64,000 nucleotides of DNA. It comes from Paludibacteraceae bacterium. GTDB taxonomy: Bacteria > Bacteroidota > Bacteroidia > Bacteroidales > Paludibacteraceae. The stretch lies in assembly GCA_963662245.2 (NCBI GenBank), contig CAXXVQ010000010.1, positions 4,613 to 68,612 on the forward strand, written 5' to 3'. The translations under genes were made by a program, and so were the position numbers. Under the pieces are notes generated by a model. It did not search any database, had not been told where the DNA came from, and was given only the letters and a program-made list of their open reading frames with translations. Position 1 is the first letter of the stretch; each line of letters opens with the position of its first letter. Of this stretch, positions 19,312-28,582 are shown piece after piece.

Positions 19312-20880
19312 CTAATATCTATTTTTTTTGAATGTGCTTCTAGGTGTTGTTGATACTTCGAAAGTTGCAACAAAGGATAATTCGTTAACTTCTGTTACAG
19401 CTCCTTGCATTGCGTCCAATCCGTCGAGTGGTATTTTTGCGCCTTTCTCAAAGGCTGTTATCGTTTCAATTAGCAATGTCATATCTGCGGTGTCTTTTTC
19501 TTTCTCGTTAAAGAAGAAATTGCCCTTTTCAAAATAACCAGACATGGCCTCTATACGGTCAAACTTGTCTCCCTTTGCTCTCTTTGATGGAACTATTGGT
19601 ATTTGATAGCCTCGCTCATCACCTTCATTGTCAAAATCGTTTTCAAATTCCGACATTGCAAATAAGCCCTCAAACAAGTATTGAATTGATTCTCTTGATA
19701 GTTTACGGTCTTCATAAATATCATACAGCCAGCTTGCCAATTGAGCCCTTGATGTTTGCCTAAAGAATACATGCAGCACATGAAACTGCCTGCCCATTTT
19801 ACCTAGAAATACAATAGACTTATGACATGCCTCGTCGCTCCACGATAAGTCACCATAAGCAACCACAGCATCGTACTTGTGATAAGGACATATTTTTGTC
19901 CACTGGATCCATTCTGCTTTAAAAACTTTTCCCTCGGCCACATGCGTATTCATATACTCACGCATGAATGAGCGATAAGCCGTTGACTTGTATTTCTTTT
20001 TCCAATACTCGGCTGTTGTTTTCTCAGGCCAGTTTGGTTCAAAAGTGTTTAAGTTCTTTACAGCATCTACACGCAAGTGAAAGAAATCGTGTTCTTCCCC
20101 CTCGGCCTTTGCTTCTTTTATTTTTTGAAGAAAAAAGGTTTTAAGCCTATTTGTAATAGAGTTTTTGTTGAAGTTGTTGTTGGCATAAACAAAGCGTTCT
20201 ATGGCATCATCGTCCGAGTCGAAACAACCCCAAATATCTTCCGTTATAAAGTCCACGGAATCGGACATTAAATCATTGTTCTTTACATGACGCTTGTTGT
20301 CAACATCATCCACAACAATGTAGTCTGGACGCTCTGCACCTTCACGAGCTCCACGAGGGCTTTGTAAAAAACCAAGCGACATGAAGCGTACACCATCCGA
20401 TGTTAAGAAATTACCATCAGACCAGTCGCCTTGTTGAAACTTATTACCGTAGTCGTTTATAATTCGATAGTTGTACTTGAGTTGGGCTTGTATTCCCGAC
20501 AAAAGAGCTTTAGCTTTTGTTTCATTCTCACCAACTAGGAGCATAAACTTTAAATCGCCTAAAGCTAAATACAGGTATAAAGGGATACCAAGGTCGATAT
20601 GTACAGACTTGCCCGATGAGCGATAAGCTTCCATTAATGCCTTTATCTTTTTGTTTTCGATAATGGCCTTAGCTAGTTTTTTATGAAACGCTGCACTCTT
20701 CTTTTTGGCATAGTTAGGCAAATAGTATTCAAACCATCGTATGTAATCTTTCTCAAGATATTCGATGCGTTTAAGTTTATCTGCTTGCTTTTCGTGCAAG
20801 TCTACAGAAGTTGCTTGAGCAATTTTCTGACAGTGTTTATCGTAGTCAGATAAAAGTTTTATGTAACTGTTGTTTGCCAT
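19312..20880 (-). CDS. terminase large subunit
   Basis: 522 aa. Walker A-like RSSGKSV, Walker B-like YIVVDDVD, positioned between the TerS-like and portal genes. Confidence 0.7.
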   Translation of the reverse strand: MANNSYIKLLSDYDKHCQKIAQATSVDLHEKQADKLKRIEYLEKDYIRWFEYYLPNYAKKKSAAFHKKLAKAIIENKKIKALMEAYRSSGKSVHIDLGIPLYLYLALGDLKFMLLVGENETKAKALLSGIQAQLKYNYRIINDYGNKFQQGDWSDGNFLTSDGVRFMSLGFLQSPRGAREGAERPDYIVVDDVDNKRHVKNNDLMSDSVDFITEDIWGCFDSDDDAIERFVYANNNFNKNSITNRLKTFFLQKIKEAKAEGEEHDFFHLRVDAVKNLNTFEPNWPEKTTAEYWKKKYKSTAYRSFMREYMNTHVAEGKVFKAEWIQWTKICPYHKYDAVVAYGDLSWSDEACHKSIVFLGKMGRQFHVLHVFFRQTSRAQLASWLYDIYEDRKLSRESIQYLFEGLFAMSEFENDFDNEGDERGYQIPIVPSKRAKGDKFDRIEAMSGYFEKGNFFFNEKEKDTADMTLLIETITAFEKGAKIPLDGLDAMQGAVTEVNELSFVATFEVSTTPRSTFKKNRY

Positions 20881-20881
20881 A

Positions 20882-21352
20882 TTAGCACTCCTGATTTATC
20901 TTTTCTTGTAAAAACATCTTATGATACTTGGTGAATTGAAAGGCCATTTTAGGGTCAATACCAGTCATCCAATTGTCGAACTCAACAAATGCATCACGAA
21001 TAACCTCTACCGATAGTTTATTATTCATGTAGTCGTAAGCCTTCATTACCTTACTCAAAGAGTCCGCATCGATACCAGGAATAACTTCACCCTTTTCATC
21101 CTTACGAGCCTCACCCTTTACTATTCGAGTAGCCTCTCGCAATAGCATTTTTTTAAGTTCAAGTGGCCCTGATTGAAACATCTCTTTTGTTTCATCCCAT
21201 TTGCCATTGTCGCGCCAACTGTAGATAGTTTTAATGTTTCTACCTGTTTCGGATGCAATAGCTTGTGGACTCATGTTCTTTTCCACATAAAGCATCTCTG
21301 CATAGTTTTTTTCTGCTGGACTTGCTTCTGTTGTTGTTTTTGATTTTGCCAT
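20882..21352 (-). CDS. terminase small subunit-like HTH protein (Mu gp27/DUF1804-like)
   Basis: HTH MSPQAIASETGRNIKTIYSWRDNGKW. It lies directly upstream of TerL. The ATG at 21352 is preferred over the TTG at 21373. Confidence 0.55.
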   Translation of the reverse strand: MAKSKTTTEASPAEKNYAEMLYVEKNMSPQAIASETGRNIKTIYSWRDNGKWDETKEMFQSGPLELKKMLLREATRIVKGEARKDEKGEVIPGIDADSLSKVMKAYDYMNNKLSVEVIRDAFVEFDNWMTGIDPKMAFQFTKYHKMFLQEKINQEC

Positions 21353-21410
21353 TTCACACAGTTTTAAAGTCAAAAGTAAGCCTGTATTACATCTTAAAAC
21401 AAGGCAGAAT

Positions 21411-21473
21411 TAAAGCCGTTTTATTAATCTTTAAAGCGGCTTTAAACTTATATAAAGCCCCTTTATTAAAGGT
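21411..21473. promoter_or_regulatory. three 21-bp-phased palindromic sites (TAAAG-N3-CTTTA-like) in the divergent late control region
   Basis: The units are TTAAAGCCGTTTTATTAATCT, TTAAAGCGGCTTTAAACTTAT and ATAAAGCCCCTTTATTAAAGG. They lie between the TerS gene (minus) and the protease gene (plus). Confidence 0.5.
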
Positions 21474-21537
21474 TTTGAGGCTTGTTTTTAGCATTGTATG
21501 TTTGCATCTGTTAAAGCAAAATAAATAAGTTTTAAAG

Positions 21538-22740
21538 ATGATTTTTAAAGAGCTGGCAAAGCAACATGCAGAATATAAGTTGTACGGTAACATAGGTAAC
21601 TGGGCTGCCAATGGCGACTTTTTAACTTCCCTGTTAGACAGTGCCGTGGCAATGGGATACACTACGCTTGATATTAGAATGCACTGCTACGGTGGTAGCG
21701 TGTTTGAAGGCAATGTGATGTACAACGCACTGCAAAGGGCAGAGCAACGAAATGATATTACGATTAACATCTATATCGACGGTGTGGCTGCAAGCATGGG
21801 CTGTTTCATTCTGCCAGCACTCGAAAATGTATTTATTGCTGAGAATGCTTTTGGAATGGTGCATACACCATCGGGCAATACACAAGGTAATGCTGCAGCA
21901 CATAAAGCAACTGCAAAGCTGCTGGGCGACATGGAAACAAACTTTGCTCGCACGCTAAGCGAACGAACTGGAAAAAGTGCTGATGAAATCAAAGCACTGT
22001 GGCTGGATGGTAATGACCACTGGTTGAATGCTGACGAAATGGTGGAGTTTGGATTTGCAAAAGCAAAAGTTGCTGCAACGGCAAAAAACATCAAGGAATT
22101 GGATAAACAAGCAGCTGCAGAAATAGGAGTTGGCGGTGTGTATAGTCAGTTTCAGGCATGCTTTAAAGCCTCTTTAAACGATGATTCTAATTTAAACGAT
22201 AAACAAATGGACAAACTTTTATTAATCCAAGCCTTCGGGCTTACTGGTGTCGATGCAAATAGTTCTGACACCGCTGTTTTGGCAGCATTGCGTGAGAAGT
22301 TCACAGCTTTAGATGCTAAAGTTACTGCACTTGAAGCCTCGGCTAAAGCCGACAAAGAAACTGCTGTAAAAGCTTTCTTGGCACAACAAAAAGAAGCTGG
22401 GAAAATCGTAGTTCCCGAGGGTCAAACTATCGACACCGTAATGGCGTCATTAACACAAGTTGGTGTAGATAGCGGTTTAAATACGCTTCAACTTGTATTT
22501 GGTGTTACAGCCAATGCAGCTCCTGCAGCTTCTACAGCTTCTACAGCTCCGCATTCGCTTGCAAGTTTTATTCAAACTGCTGGTGCTGGTGCTAATGGCA
22601 ATCAAGGAACTGATGCACCTAAAGACTTTAACGCACTTATTGCCTTGGGCGATGAAGCTGTGGCAAAGTTTAAAGCGGAGCACAAGGATGACTACACACG
22701 CTTGTATAAAGCGGAGTTTGGCCACGAACCACGAATCTAA
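21538..22740 (+). CDS. prohead protease (ClpP/S49-like) fused to a scaffold-like C-terminal region
   Basis: GGSVFEGNVMYNAL and DGVAASMGCFI protease blocks, with an Ala/Lys-rich C-terminal half. Confidence 0.7.
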   Translation: MIFKELAKQHAEYKLYGNIGNWAANGDFLTSLLDSAVAMGYTTLDIRMHCYGGSVFEGNVMYNALQRAEQRNDITINIYIDGVAASMGCFILPALENVFIAENAFGMVHTPSGNTQGNAAAHKATAKLLGDMETNFARTLSERTGKSADEIKALWLDGNDHWLNADEMVEFGFAKAKVAATAKNIKELDKQAAAEIGVGGVYSQFQACFKASLNDDSNLNDKQMDKLLLIQAFGLTGVDANSSDTAVLAALREKFTALDAKVTALEASAKADKETAVKAFLAQQKEAGKIVVPEGQTIDTVMASLTQVGVDSGLNTLQLVFGVTANAAPAASTASTAPHSLASFIQTAGAGANGNQGTDAPKDFNALIALGDEAVAKFKAEHKDDYTRLYKAEFGHEPRI

Positions 22741-22766
22741 TTGTCTAACTATAAAATTATAAAATT

Positions 22767-23687
22767 ATGCCTACAAATTTCCCCGAAGTATGGGTTGGCC
22801 GTGTTGAAAAAAAGCTAACTAATACAGACCAAGCCCCTTGGTTAGATGGTATTGCTGAGATTGACACACCCGTTGTTTCGCTTGGTGAAGGTACGGATAG
22901 TGAGAAAAACATTATCAACATCCCTACGAGCGATTTTGAGCCAACTGTGTTGATTAATAACACAACTTACCCATTGGCTCTAGAAGAATATTCTGATGAT
23001 ACCGCAGTGGTGTCTTTGGATAAGTATCAAACAGCTCAAACAAGCATATCTGACGATTCTGCTATGGGTGCTTCTTACGACAAAGTGGATTCTGCCACTA
23101 AATCGCATACTACCTCAATCTTGAAAAAGAAATACGGTAAAGCGATTCATGCACTTGCACCAAGCTCGCACACTACAAACACTCCTGTTATCATTACCAC
23201 TGGTGAAGATGATGGTACTGGTAGAAAGCGTTTAACTCGCAAGGATATCAATGCCCTTAAAAAGCAGTTTGATGAATTGCAAATCCCTGCTTTAGGCCGT
23301 CGTTTGGTACTTAGTTCCGACCACTCTGATGATATTCAGAACTTCGACCAAAAGTTTGCCGACCAATTCTACAACCTTCAAAGTGGTAAGGTGTATAAAA
23401 TTGCTGGTTTTGAAATCTACGAATATGTAAACAATCCATATTTCAACGCCACTACAGGAGTTAAAAAAGCATTTGGAGCGATTCCAACAGCAGGAACAGA
23501 TTTTCAAGCTTCGGTTGCTTTCTATGATGGTAATGTTGCTAAAAAGACTGGTTCAACTAAGCAATACTTCTCACCTGCTAAATCAGACACAGCTACTCAA
23601 TCAAACAAACTGAACTATCGTCACTATTTTATTTGTGTGCCTAAGCGCAACATGTACATCGGTGCGATTGCATCAGGTAAAATCTAG
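22767..23687 (+). CDS. putative major capsid protein
   Basis: 306 aa, directly after the protease/scaffold gene. The call is based on position and size only. Confidence 0.55.
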   Translation: MPTNFPEVWVGRVEKKLTNTDQAPWLDGIAEIDTPVVSLGEGTDSEKNIINIPTSDFEPTVLINNTTYPLALEEYSDDTAVVSLDKYQTAQTSISDDSAMGASYDKVDSATKSHTTSILKKKYGKAIHALAPSSHTTNTPVIITTGEDDGTGRKRLTRKDINALKKQFDELQIPALGRRLVLSSDHSDDIQNFDQKFADQFYNLQSGKVYKIAGFEIYEYVNNPYFNATTGVKKAFGAIPTAGTDFQASVAFYDGNVAKKTGSTKQYFSPAKSDTATQSNKLNYRHYFICVPKRNMYIGAIASGKI

Positions 23688-23699
23688 GAGGTTTAAACC

Positions 23700-24032
23700 G
23701 TGGAAGTAACTAAAGAACAAAAGAAGCAAGCTCAAGAGCTTGCTTCTAAACACAAAGTAAAATCCATTTTCATCAATGAAAGTGGTGAGTTTTTTACTGA
23801 GCAAAACTTGGCTGCCCTTTCTGTGGGTGGCGACAAAGAAAAGTTTGCCGAAATCAATTGTGCTGTAAGCGTCAAAGAAGAAATTACTTTATCTCAAGAG
23901 GAGCTATTGGCGCAAATTGAGGCTGCAACTGTTAAGGCTGCTGTTGGTAAAATGCTCGCAGCCGAAAAGAAAGGCGAAAATCGCCAAGTAATTATTGATG
24001 CTTGCACAGCTAAGCTTGCAGCTCTTAAATAA
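23700..24032 (+). CDS. hypothetical head-associated protein
   Basis: 110-aa ORF (GTG start) packed between the capsid and sheath candidates. Confidence 0.45.
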   Translation: MEVTKEQKKQAQELASKHKVKSIFINESGEFFTEQNLAALSVGGDKEKFAEINCAVSVKEEITLSQEELLAQIEAATVKAAVGKMLAAEKKGENRQVIIDACTAKLAALK

Positions 24033-24040
24033 GCTAAACT

Positions 24041-25267
24041 ATGAGTTTAAGAGGTGTTTCAATAGTTGAAGGTAGAATTGGACTAAGTGTAAATGGCGGT
24101 CGTGAGTTTGCTCTTATCTGTAACGGAGTTGCCGTTACAGATAAAGCACAGCTTAGCACAGCCTACACTTTTCGTCGCCCTTCTGATGCCGTTGCTCTAG
24201 GAATAGATGCAGCGTATGACACGGCCAACAGCGTATGCGTTTACCGCCACATCTCGGAGTTTTACCGTATGGCTGGCGATGGTGTTAAATTACACTTTAT
24301 GCTGGTAGCGCAAACAGCAAAGCCTGTAGATATGCTTGCAAGTGCCAAAACACTTATTGTTGAATCTGGTGGCAATGTTACAGATATTGCTGTGGCCTAT
24401 AACCCTACGGTAAATGGAACTGTGTATGTAAATGGTATTGATACCGATGTGCATGATGCAATTGCTGCTTTGCAAACTTTTGCAGAATGGGCTAGCGATA
24501 AAGACATGCCAGTGCATACCATTCTTGAAGGTCGTAACATTAGCGATACAGTCTCTGCAATGGCCGATTTGCGTGATTTGAGTGTAGGCGATGCCACACT
24601 AGAGGCTACTAAGGTAACGCTGGTAGTTGGGCAGGATTGGACTTATGCCGATACATTGCCAGCTGTATGCAAGCGTTTTGCCGATGTGGGTAATTACCTA
24701 GGTGTAATTGCACGAAACGAGTGGAATCGCAATCCTGGTGAGCAGGCAGTAAATAATCTTACAGACACAGACAGAGGCATATTTGTAGTGGGCGGTTTAA
24801 GCAATCACAAGAAGTATGCAGAGGTGTATGATAGCTTGGAAACCATGAACGACAAAGGTTATGTGTTTCCTATTCGCTACACAGGTGTGTCGGGCTATTG
24901 GTGGAATGATGGCCATGTATGCGCTCCTATCATTCTTGATAAGGATGGCAATATGAACCAACACACCATTTACTACAGTCACACTTTCGATATGAGTAAA
25001 CGAGCATTGCGCTTGGCTTATTTGCCCGAGGTGAAATCTGTATATGAGCTTGAAAATGGCTTGTTGCCACAAGGTAGTGTAGATGTGTTGAGCGAAATAG
25101 GCAATCAAGCCTTTGAAGCTATGGGCAGCTTAATATCTAGTGGCAAAGCGGTGGTAGATGCTACGAGCGATTTGCTAATCAAAAAAGAGCTAAATGTTTC
25201 GTTTAGCGTTGTGCCTACGGGCTGTATCAATGAGATTAAAGGCACATTAAACCTTAAAAACAAATAG
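24041..25267 (+). CDS. putative contractile tail sheath protein
   Basis: 408 aa, followed by a 139-aa tube-sized gene and the frameshift chaperone. Positional inference. Confidence 0.5.
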   Translation: MSLRGVSIVEGRIGLSVNGGREFALICNGVAVTDKAQLSTAYTFRRPSDAVALGIDAAYDTANSVCVYRHISEFYRMAGDGVKLHFMLVAQTAKPVDMLASAKTLIVESGGNVTDIAVAYNPTVNGTVYVNGIDTDVHDAIAALQTFAEWASDKDMPVHTILEGRNISDTVSAMADLRDLSVGDATLEATKVTLVVGQDWTYADTLPAVCKRFADVGNYLGVIARNEWNRNPGEQAVNNLTDTDRGIFVVGGLSNHKKYAEVYDSLETMNDKGYVFPIRYTGVSGYWWNDGHVCAPIILDKDGNMNQHTIYYSHTFDMSKRALRLAYLPEVKSVYELENGLLPQGSVDVLSEIGNQAFEAMGSLISSGKAVVDATSDLLIKKELNVSFSVVPTGCINEIKGTLNLKNK

Positions 25268-25269
25268 AT

Positions 25270-25689
25270 ATGGCAAGGATTAAAAGAATGGGTGAATCAT
25301 ATTCTGCTGGCGATGTTGTGGTAACAGTACCAGGAATGTATGATGTGAACCCAATAGCGGTTAGCTATGGTAGCAGCTATGAACACAAAAGGAATCACGG
25401 CATTAAGCGCAAAGCAAGAAGCTGGTCTATGGGCAAAGAAGAATTGGAAGGAAAGCTAACGCTACCTCTCGATGTTATTGCCGAGTTTGAAAAAATAGCT
25501 CCCAATGGAGACCTTGCACTTATTAGACCATTTCCTGCATCTATATGTTTTTTCAATGCAGAAAATGACATGATTCGCGATTTAGTGATGTGGAAATTCA
25601 CAGGAAACAAAAGAGAGGTTACGGCCGATGGTGAATTGGCTAATGAGTTCGAAATGTTTGTAACGAGTTTACAACTAAACATCCTTTAA
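25270..25689 (+). CDS. putative tail tube protein
   Basis: 139 aa, located between the sheath candidate and the chaperone. Positional inference. Confidence 0.45.
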   Translation: MARIKRMGESYSAGDVVVTVPGMYDVNPIAVSYGSSYEHKRNHGIKRKARSWSMGKEELEGKLTLPLDVIAEFEKIAPNGDLALIRPFPASICFFNAENDMIRDLVMWKFTGNKREVTADGELANEFEMFVTSLQLNIL

Positions 25690-25773
25690 AAATAACCTTT
25701 CCGCTTCACAAGTAGCGGAAAGGTTTTATCAAAAAAAAAAACAAAACATTAATACACACAAACAAAACAGAGT

Positions 25774-26112
25774 ATGGAAAAAGATAAATTACCTGCAGGT
25801 ATTACCGCAGAAATGATTGCAAGTGCAAAAATCAAACATGGCGACGATAAAGTGAAATTTATCGAAATATATAATGAAGATGGAAACGATGTAGAACTTA
25901 CAGTTCTTGCCTGCGTGCCAACTCGTACCGTAATAGGTCAGTATCGTCGTTATGCCGACACCGACCCTAAGAAAGCGGATGATATCCTTATGAAGGCAAG
26001 TTTGCTTTCGCACAAAGAACAAGTGATGGCCAGCGATGCATTATTTCTTGGTGCATTAACTGGTATTGCTGAACTAATCCCTGTAAGAAAGTCTGCAGTA
26101 AAAAACTGCTAG
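25774..26112 (+). CDS. tail assembly chaperone (short, G-like product)
   Basis: 112 aa. It ends just after the slippery heptamer A_AAA_AAC. Confidence 0.55.
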   Translation: MEKDKLPAGITAEMIASAKIKHGDDKVKFIEIYNEDGNDVELTVLACVPTRTVIGQYRRYADTDPKKADDILMKASLLSHKEQVMASDALFLGALTGIAELIPVRKSAVKNC

Positions 26113-26306
26113 AGCAACTACCCGATATTCCCGAGCTGGGAGGTGATAGTTGCGATGTAGACGATTTACTGAGTGCGTATGATGCGCAAATAAGGTTTCT
26201 ATTCAAAGAGAACCCTGACGAGCTGAGCGACATGGAATATGCTCGCAGAGTAAAAGAACTTAAGTGGTTGGCCGAAAACGGATTTTTAAGCGGAATTAGA
26301 TTATGA
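25774..26306 (+). CDS. tail assembly chaperone, -1 frameshift (GT-like) product
   Basis: The -1 frame from 26106 reads LLEQLPDIPELGGDSC...WLAENGFLSGIRL without stops. It ends at TGA 26304-26306, overlapping the next ATG. Confidence 0.55.
26100..26106 (+). promoter_or_regulatory. -1 programmed ribosomal frameshift slippery site A_AAA_AAC
   Basis: An X_XXY_YYZ heptamer in the zero frame (gtA AAA AAC), 2 codons before the stop. The -1 frame is open for 66 further codons. Confidence 0.6.
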
Positions 26307-26914
26307 CATTTGACTTTAAAGGGAGGTTTCAAAATGCCTTTGGCTATGTAAATAGCAGTATATCTAGGCGGTTGGCTTCATTGGGCTTCGATGTAAGCAA
26401 TGATAAGACATCCAACAGAAAGCTTAGTGTTTATTCTTGGAATAATGATACAACTTTTGATGAGGTTACACTGCGCAGAGATGTGGCTGGTGTAAACGAA
26501 AGTTACCTTTTTGGATATAGTGGCATGATGCAAGAAAGCCTAAATGTATTTGCTCCACCTCCAATGCTGAGCCTGAAGCGTTCCAAAAAAATAGCAACAA
26601 CAACGCTAGACGGTGACAGCTTGGAGTGTGTAGAGCGATACAATACCGAGCCTTACGATATTACTTGGCGTGGGCTATTGATAGACATGGATAATCATGA
26701 GTTTCCACTCGATAAGCTTGAGTCCATTAATAGGATTTTTGAAGTAAATGGCGTGTGGAATGTTGACAGTGAAATACTGAACCGTGTGGGTGTTAATGCC
26801 ATTTACATCAAAGATATTGATATTGACTTTGTAGAAGGTTATGAAGATACAATACAATACACGCTTACCGCTCGAGCGATTAAACCATTAGAATATCAAT
26901 TAATAATTACATAA
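26303..26914 (+). CDS. hypothetical tail/baseplate protein
   Basis: 203-aa ORF, start-overlapped with the frameshift product. Confidence 0.5.
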   Translation: MTFDFKGRFQNAFGYVNSSISRRLASLGFDVSNDKTSNRKLSVYSWNNDTTFDEVTLRRDVAGVNESYLFGYSGMMQESLNVFAPPPMLSLKRSKKIATTTLDGDSLECVERYNTEPYDITWRGLLIDMDNHEFPLDKLESINRIFEVNGVWNVDSEILNRVGVNAIYIKDIDIDFVEGYEDTIQYTLTARAIKPLEYQLIIT

Positions 26915-26915
26915 G

Positions 26916-27920
26916 ATGAAACAAATTACTTTAATCATTAGCCTTATGCTATTGTACCTAAACATGACAGCGCAGGTTCAACTTGGCAATGTCTTACTTA
27001 AAAATGTGTCTCAATTTGAGATTAACGAAAATGTGCTCGAAATGAGCAACACGGCAAAAATTACTATTCCTCGCAATTACGGTCAATTGGCTGGTAAGTC
27101 AATTTTAGAGCAGTTCAAGGTTGGTGATAAGGTTGTAATTCAATGCGGATATGATGGTGATTTGCAAACAGAGTTTGTTGGTTACATCCGTGAAATTGAA
27201 AGCGACCGACCTGTTGTGGTTCACTGCGATGACGAAACTTATCCATTGCGACAAACCAACTATGTGAAAACATATAAAGCCACAGGAACTACACTAAAGC
27301 AGATTCTTGCAGATATAATCCCAGCAAGTTTCATGAGGGTAGAATGTCCTAATGTAGTGATAGGTAAATATCAGATTGATAATGCTAGTGCCTTTGTTGT
27401 ACTGCAAGATTTGATGCAAAGCTATGGTTTGTATAGTAGGCTTCAAAATGGAGTACTCAAGGTTGGATTGGCTTACGACTTTGCCGACAAAGCCCAAAAC
27501 CACACCTATGTGATTGGTAAAAACACCAAAAAGAATGAGCTTAAATTTAAGCGAAAAGAAGATTTAAAGTTGCGGTTTAAGGCAGTGGCCACAAACCCTA
27601 ACGGCAAAAAAACAACAGTTACTGTAGGCAGTAAAGATAGTTACGCCTCCGAGCGAACGCTAAACTTTGCAGGGCCGATGACAGAAGATCAATTGCGCAA
27701 GTTAGCTCGTGGAGTAATGCAAAAGAATGTGTACGATGGATACACTGGTAGTATTTCGGGCTTTTGCATACCTCGCACACATGCTGGCGATGCGCTGGCA
27801 ATAAAAGATGTGGACGAACCCGAGCGAGAGGGTAAATTTTTAATTGAACGGGTTGATATAACCTACGATGACAATAGTGGTATTACTCGCAAAAACTCAT
27901 TGAGTTTTAAGCTCGGGTAG
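26916..27920 (+). CDS. baseplate hub-like protein (gpD / Mu P / XkdQ-like)
   Basis: 334 aa. The FKVGDKVVIQCGYDGDLQTEFVGYI pattern resembles late-control-D/hub proteins, and the position fits. Confidence 0.4.
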   Translation: MKQITLIISLMLLYLNMTAQVQLGNVLLKNVSQFEINENVLEMSNTAKITIPRNYGQLAGKSILEQFKVGDKVVIQCGYDGDLQTEFVGYIREIESDRPVVVHCDDETYPLRQTNYVKTYKATGTTLKQILADIIPASFMRVECPNVVIGKYQIDNASAFVVLQDLMQSYGLYSRLQNGVLKVGLAYDFADKAQNHTYVIGKNTKKNELKFKRKEDLKLRFKAVATNPNGKKTTVTVGSKDSYASERTLNFAGPMTEDQLRKLARGVMQKNVYDGYTGSISGFCIPRTHAGDALAIKDVDEPEREGKFLIERVDITYDDNSGITRKNSLSFKLG

Positions 27921-28039
27921 CTGCTTTGTTTTTAAAGCGATTACAAACGCCACTTCGTGGTAGGTGGCAAAAGATACAGAATAGGAAAGAAAAGCGATTA
28001 CATCGTGTTTTAAAGTGTGTTTAAAGTGTGTTTTGAAAG

Positions 28040-28582
28040 ATGGGAGCATTAGAACAAGCAATTGAGAAAGCCGTTGCAGCTATTTGTGAGAAAAAACAAA
28101 TAGTACAGGTACTCACAGGTACTGCCATAAAAGTTGGTGCAACGACCTGTTCGGTTGAGCGTGATGGTGCTCCCACTCTTGAAGATGTACGCTTGGATGC
28201 TATCGATGATGAGTTAACAAGTCGCTTCACTGTATATCCTGCCGAAAACAGTTCTGTGCTAGTTGGTATAATAGAAGGGGTAAAAACCGAGGCTGTAATA
28301 CTGAAGTGTTCTGAAGTGGCTAAGGTTAGCTTTAAAGCTGGCACGCAAACACTGGTGATGAACAAGGACGGCTTTGTGTTTAACGCAGGAACTGATGGAA
28401 TGGTGAAACTTACAGAACTTGTGAGCTGGATGGATAAGGTTAGTACCGATTTGAATACGCTTACATCGCTTCTTTCTACAAGCCCTGTTGCAGGTAATGG
28501 TGCCGTGCTTGGCATTGTGTTTAACCCTACAACCCCAACGCCAGTAAAAGCTGCATTTGAAGACTCTAAAATAAAACACTGA
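28040..28582 (+). CDS. baseplate spike-like protein (gpV-like)
   Basis: 180 aa. An OB-like N-terminal pattern and a helical C-terminus, positioned after the hub. Confidence 0.4.
   Translation: MGALEQAIEKAVAAICEKKQIVQVLTGTAIKVGATTCSVERDGAPTLEDVRLDAIDDELTSRFTVYPAENSSVLVGIIEGVKTEAVILKCSEVAKVSFKAGTQTLVMNKDGFVFNAGTDGMVKLTELVSWMDKVSTDLNTLTSLLSTSPVAGNGAVLGIVFNPTTPTPVKAAFEDSKIKH

Noticed and set aside
21771-22094. Antisense ORFs inside the protease/scaffold gene. Similar antisense ORFs occur at 28021-28515, 29747-30166, 41170-41550, 17184-17486 and 2511-2768.
   Set aside because: They lie opposite long, well-supported genes and have biased, low-complexity composition. They are typical shadow ORFs.
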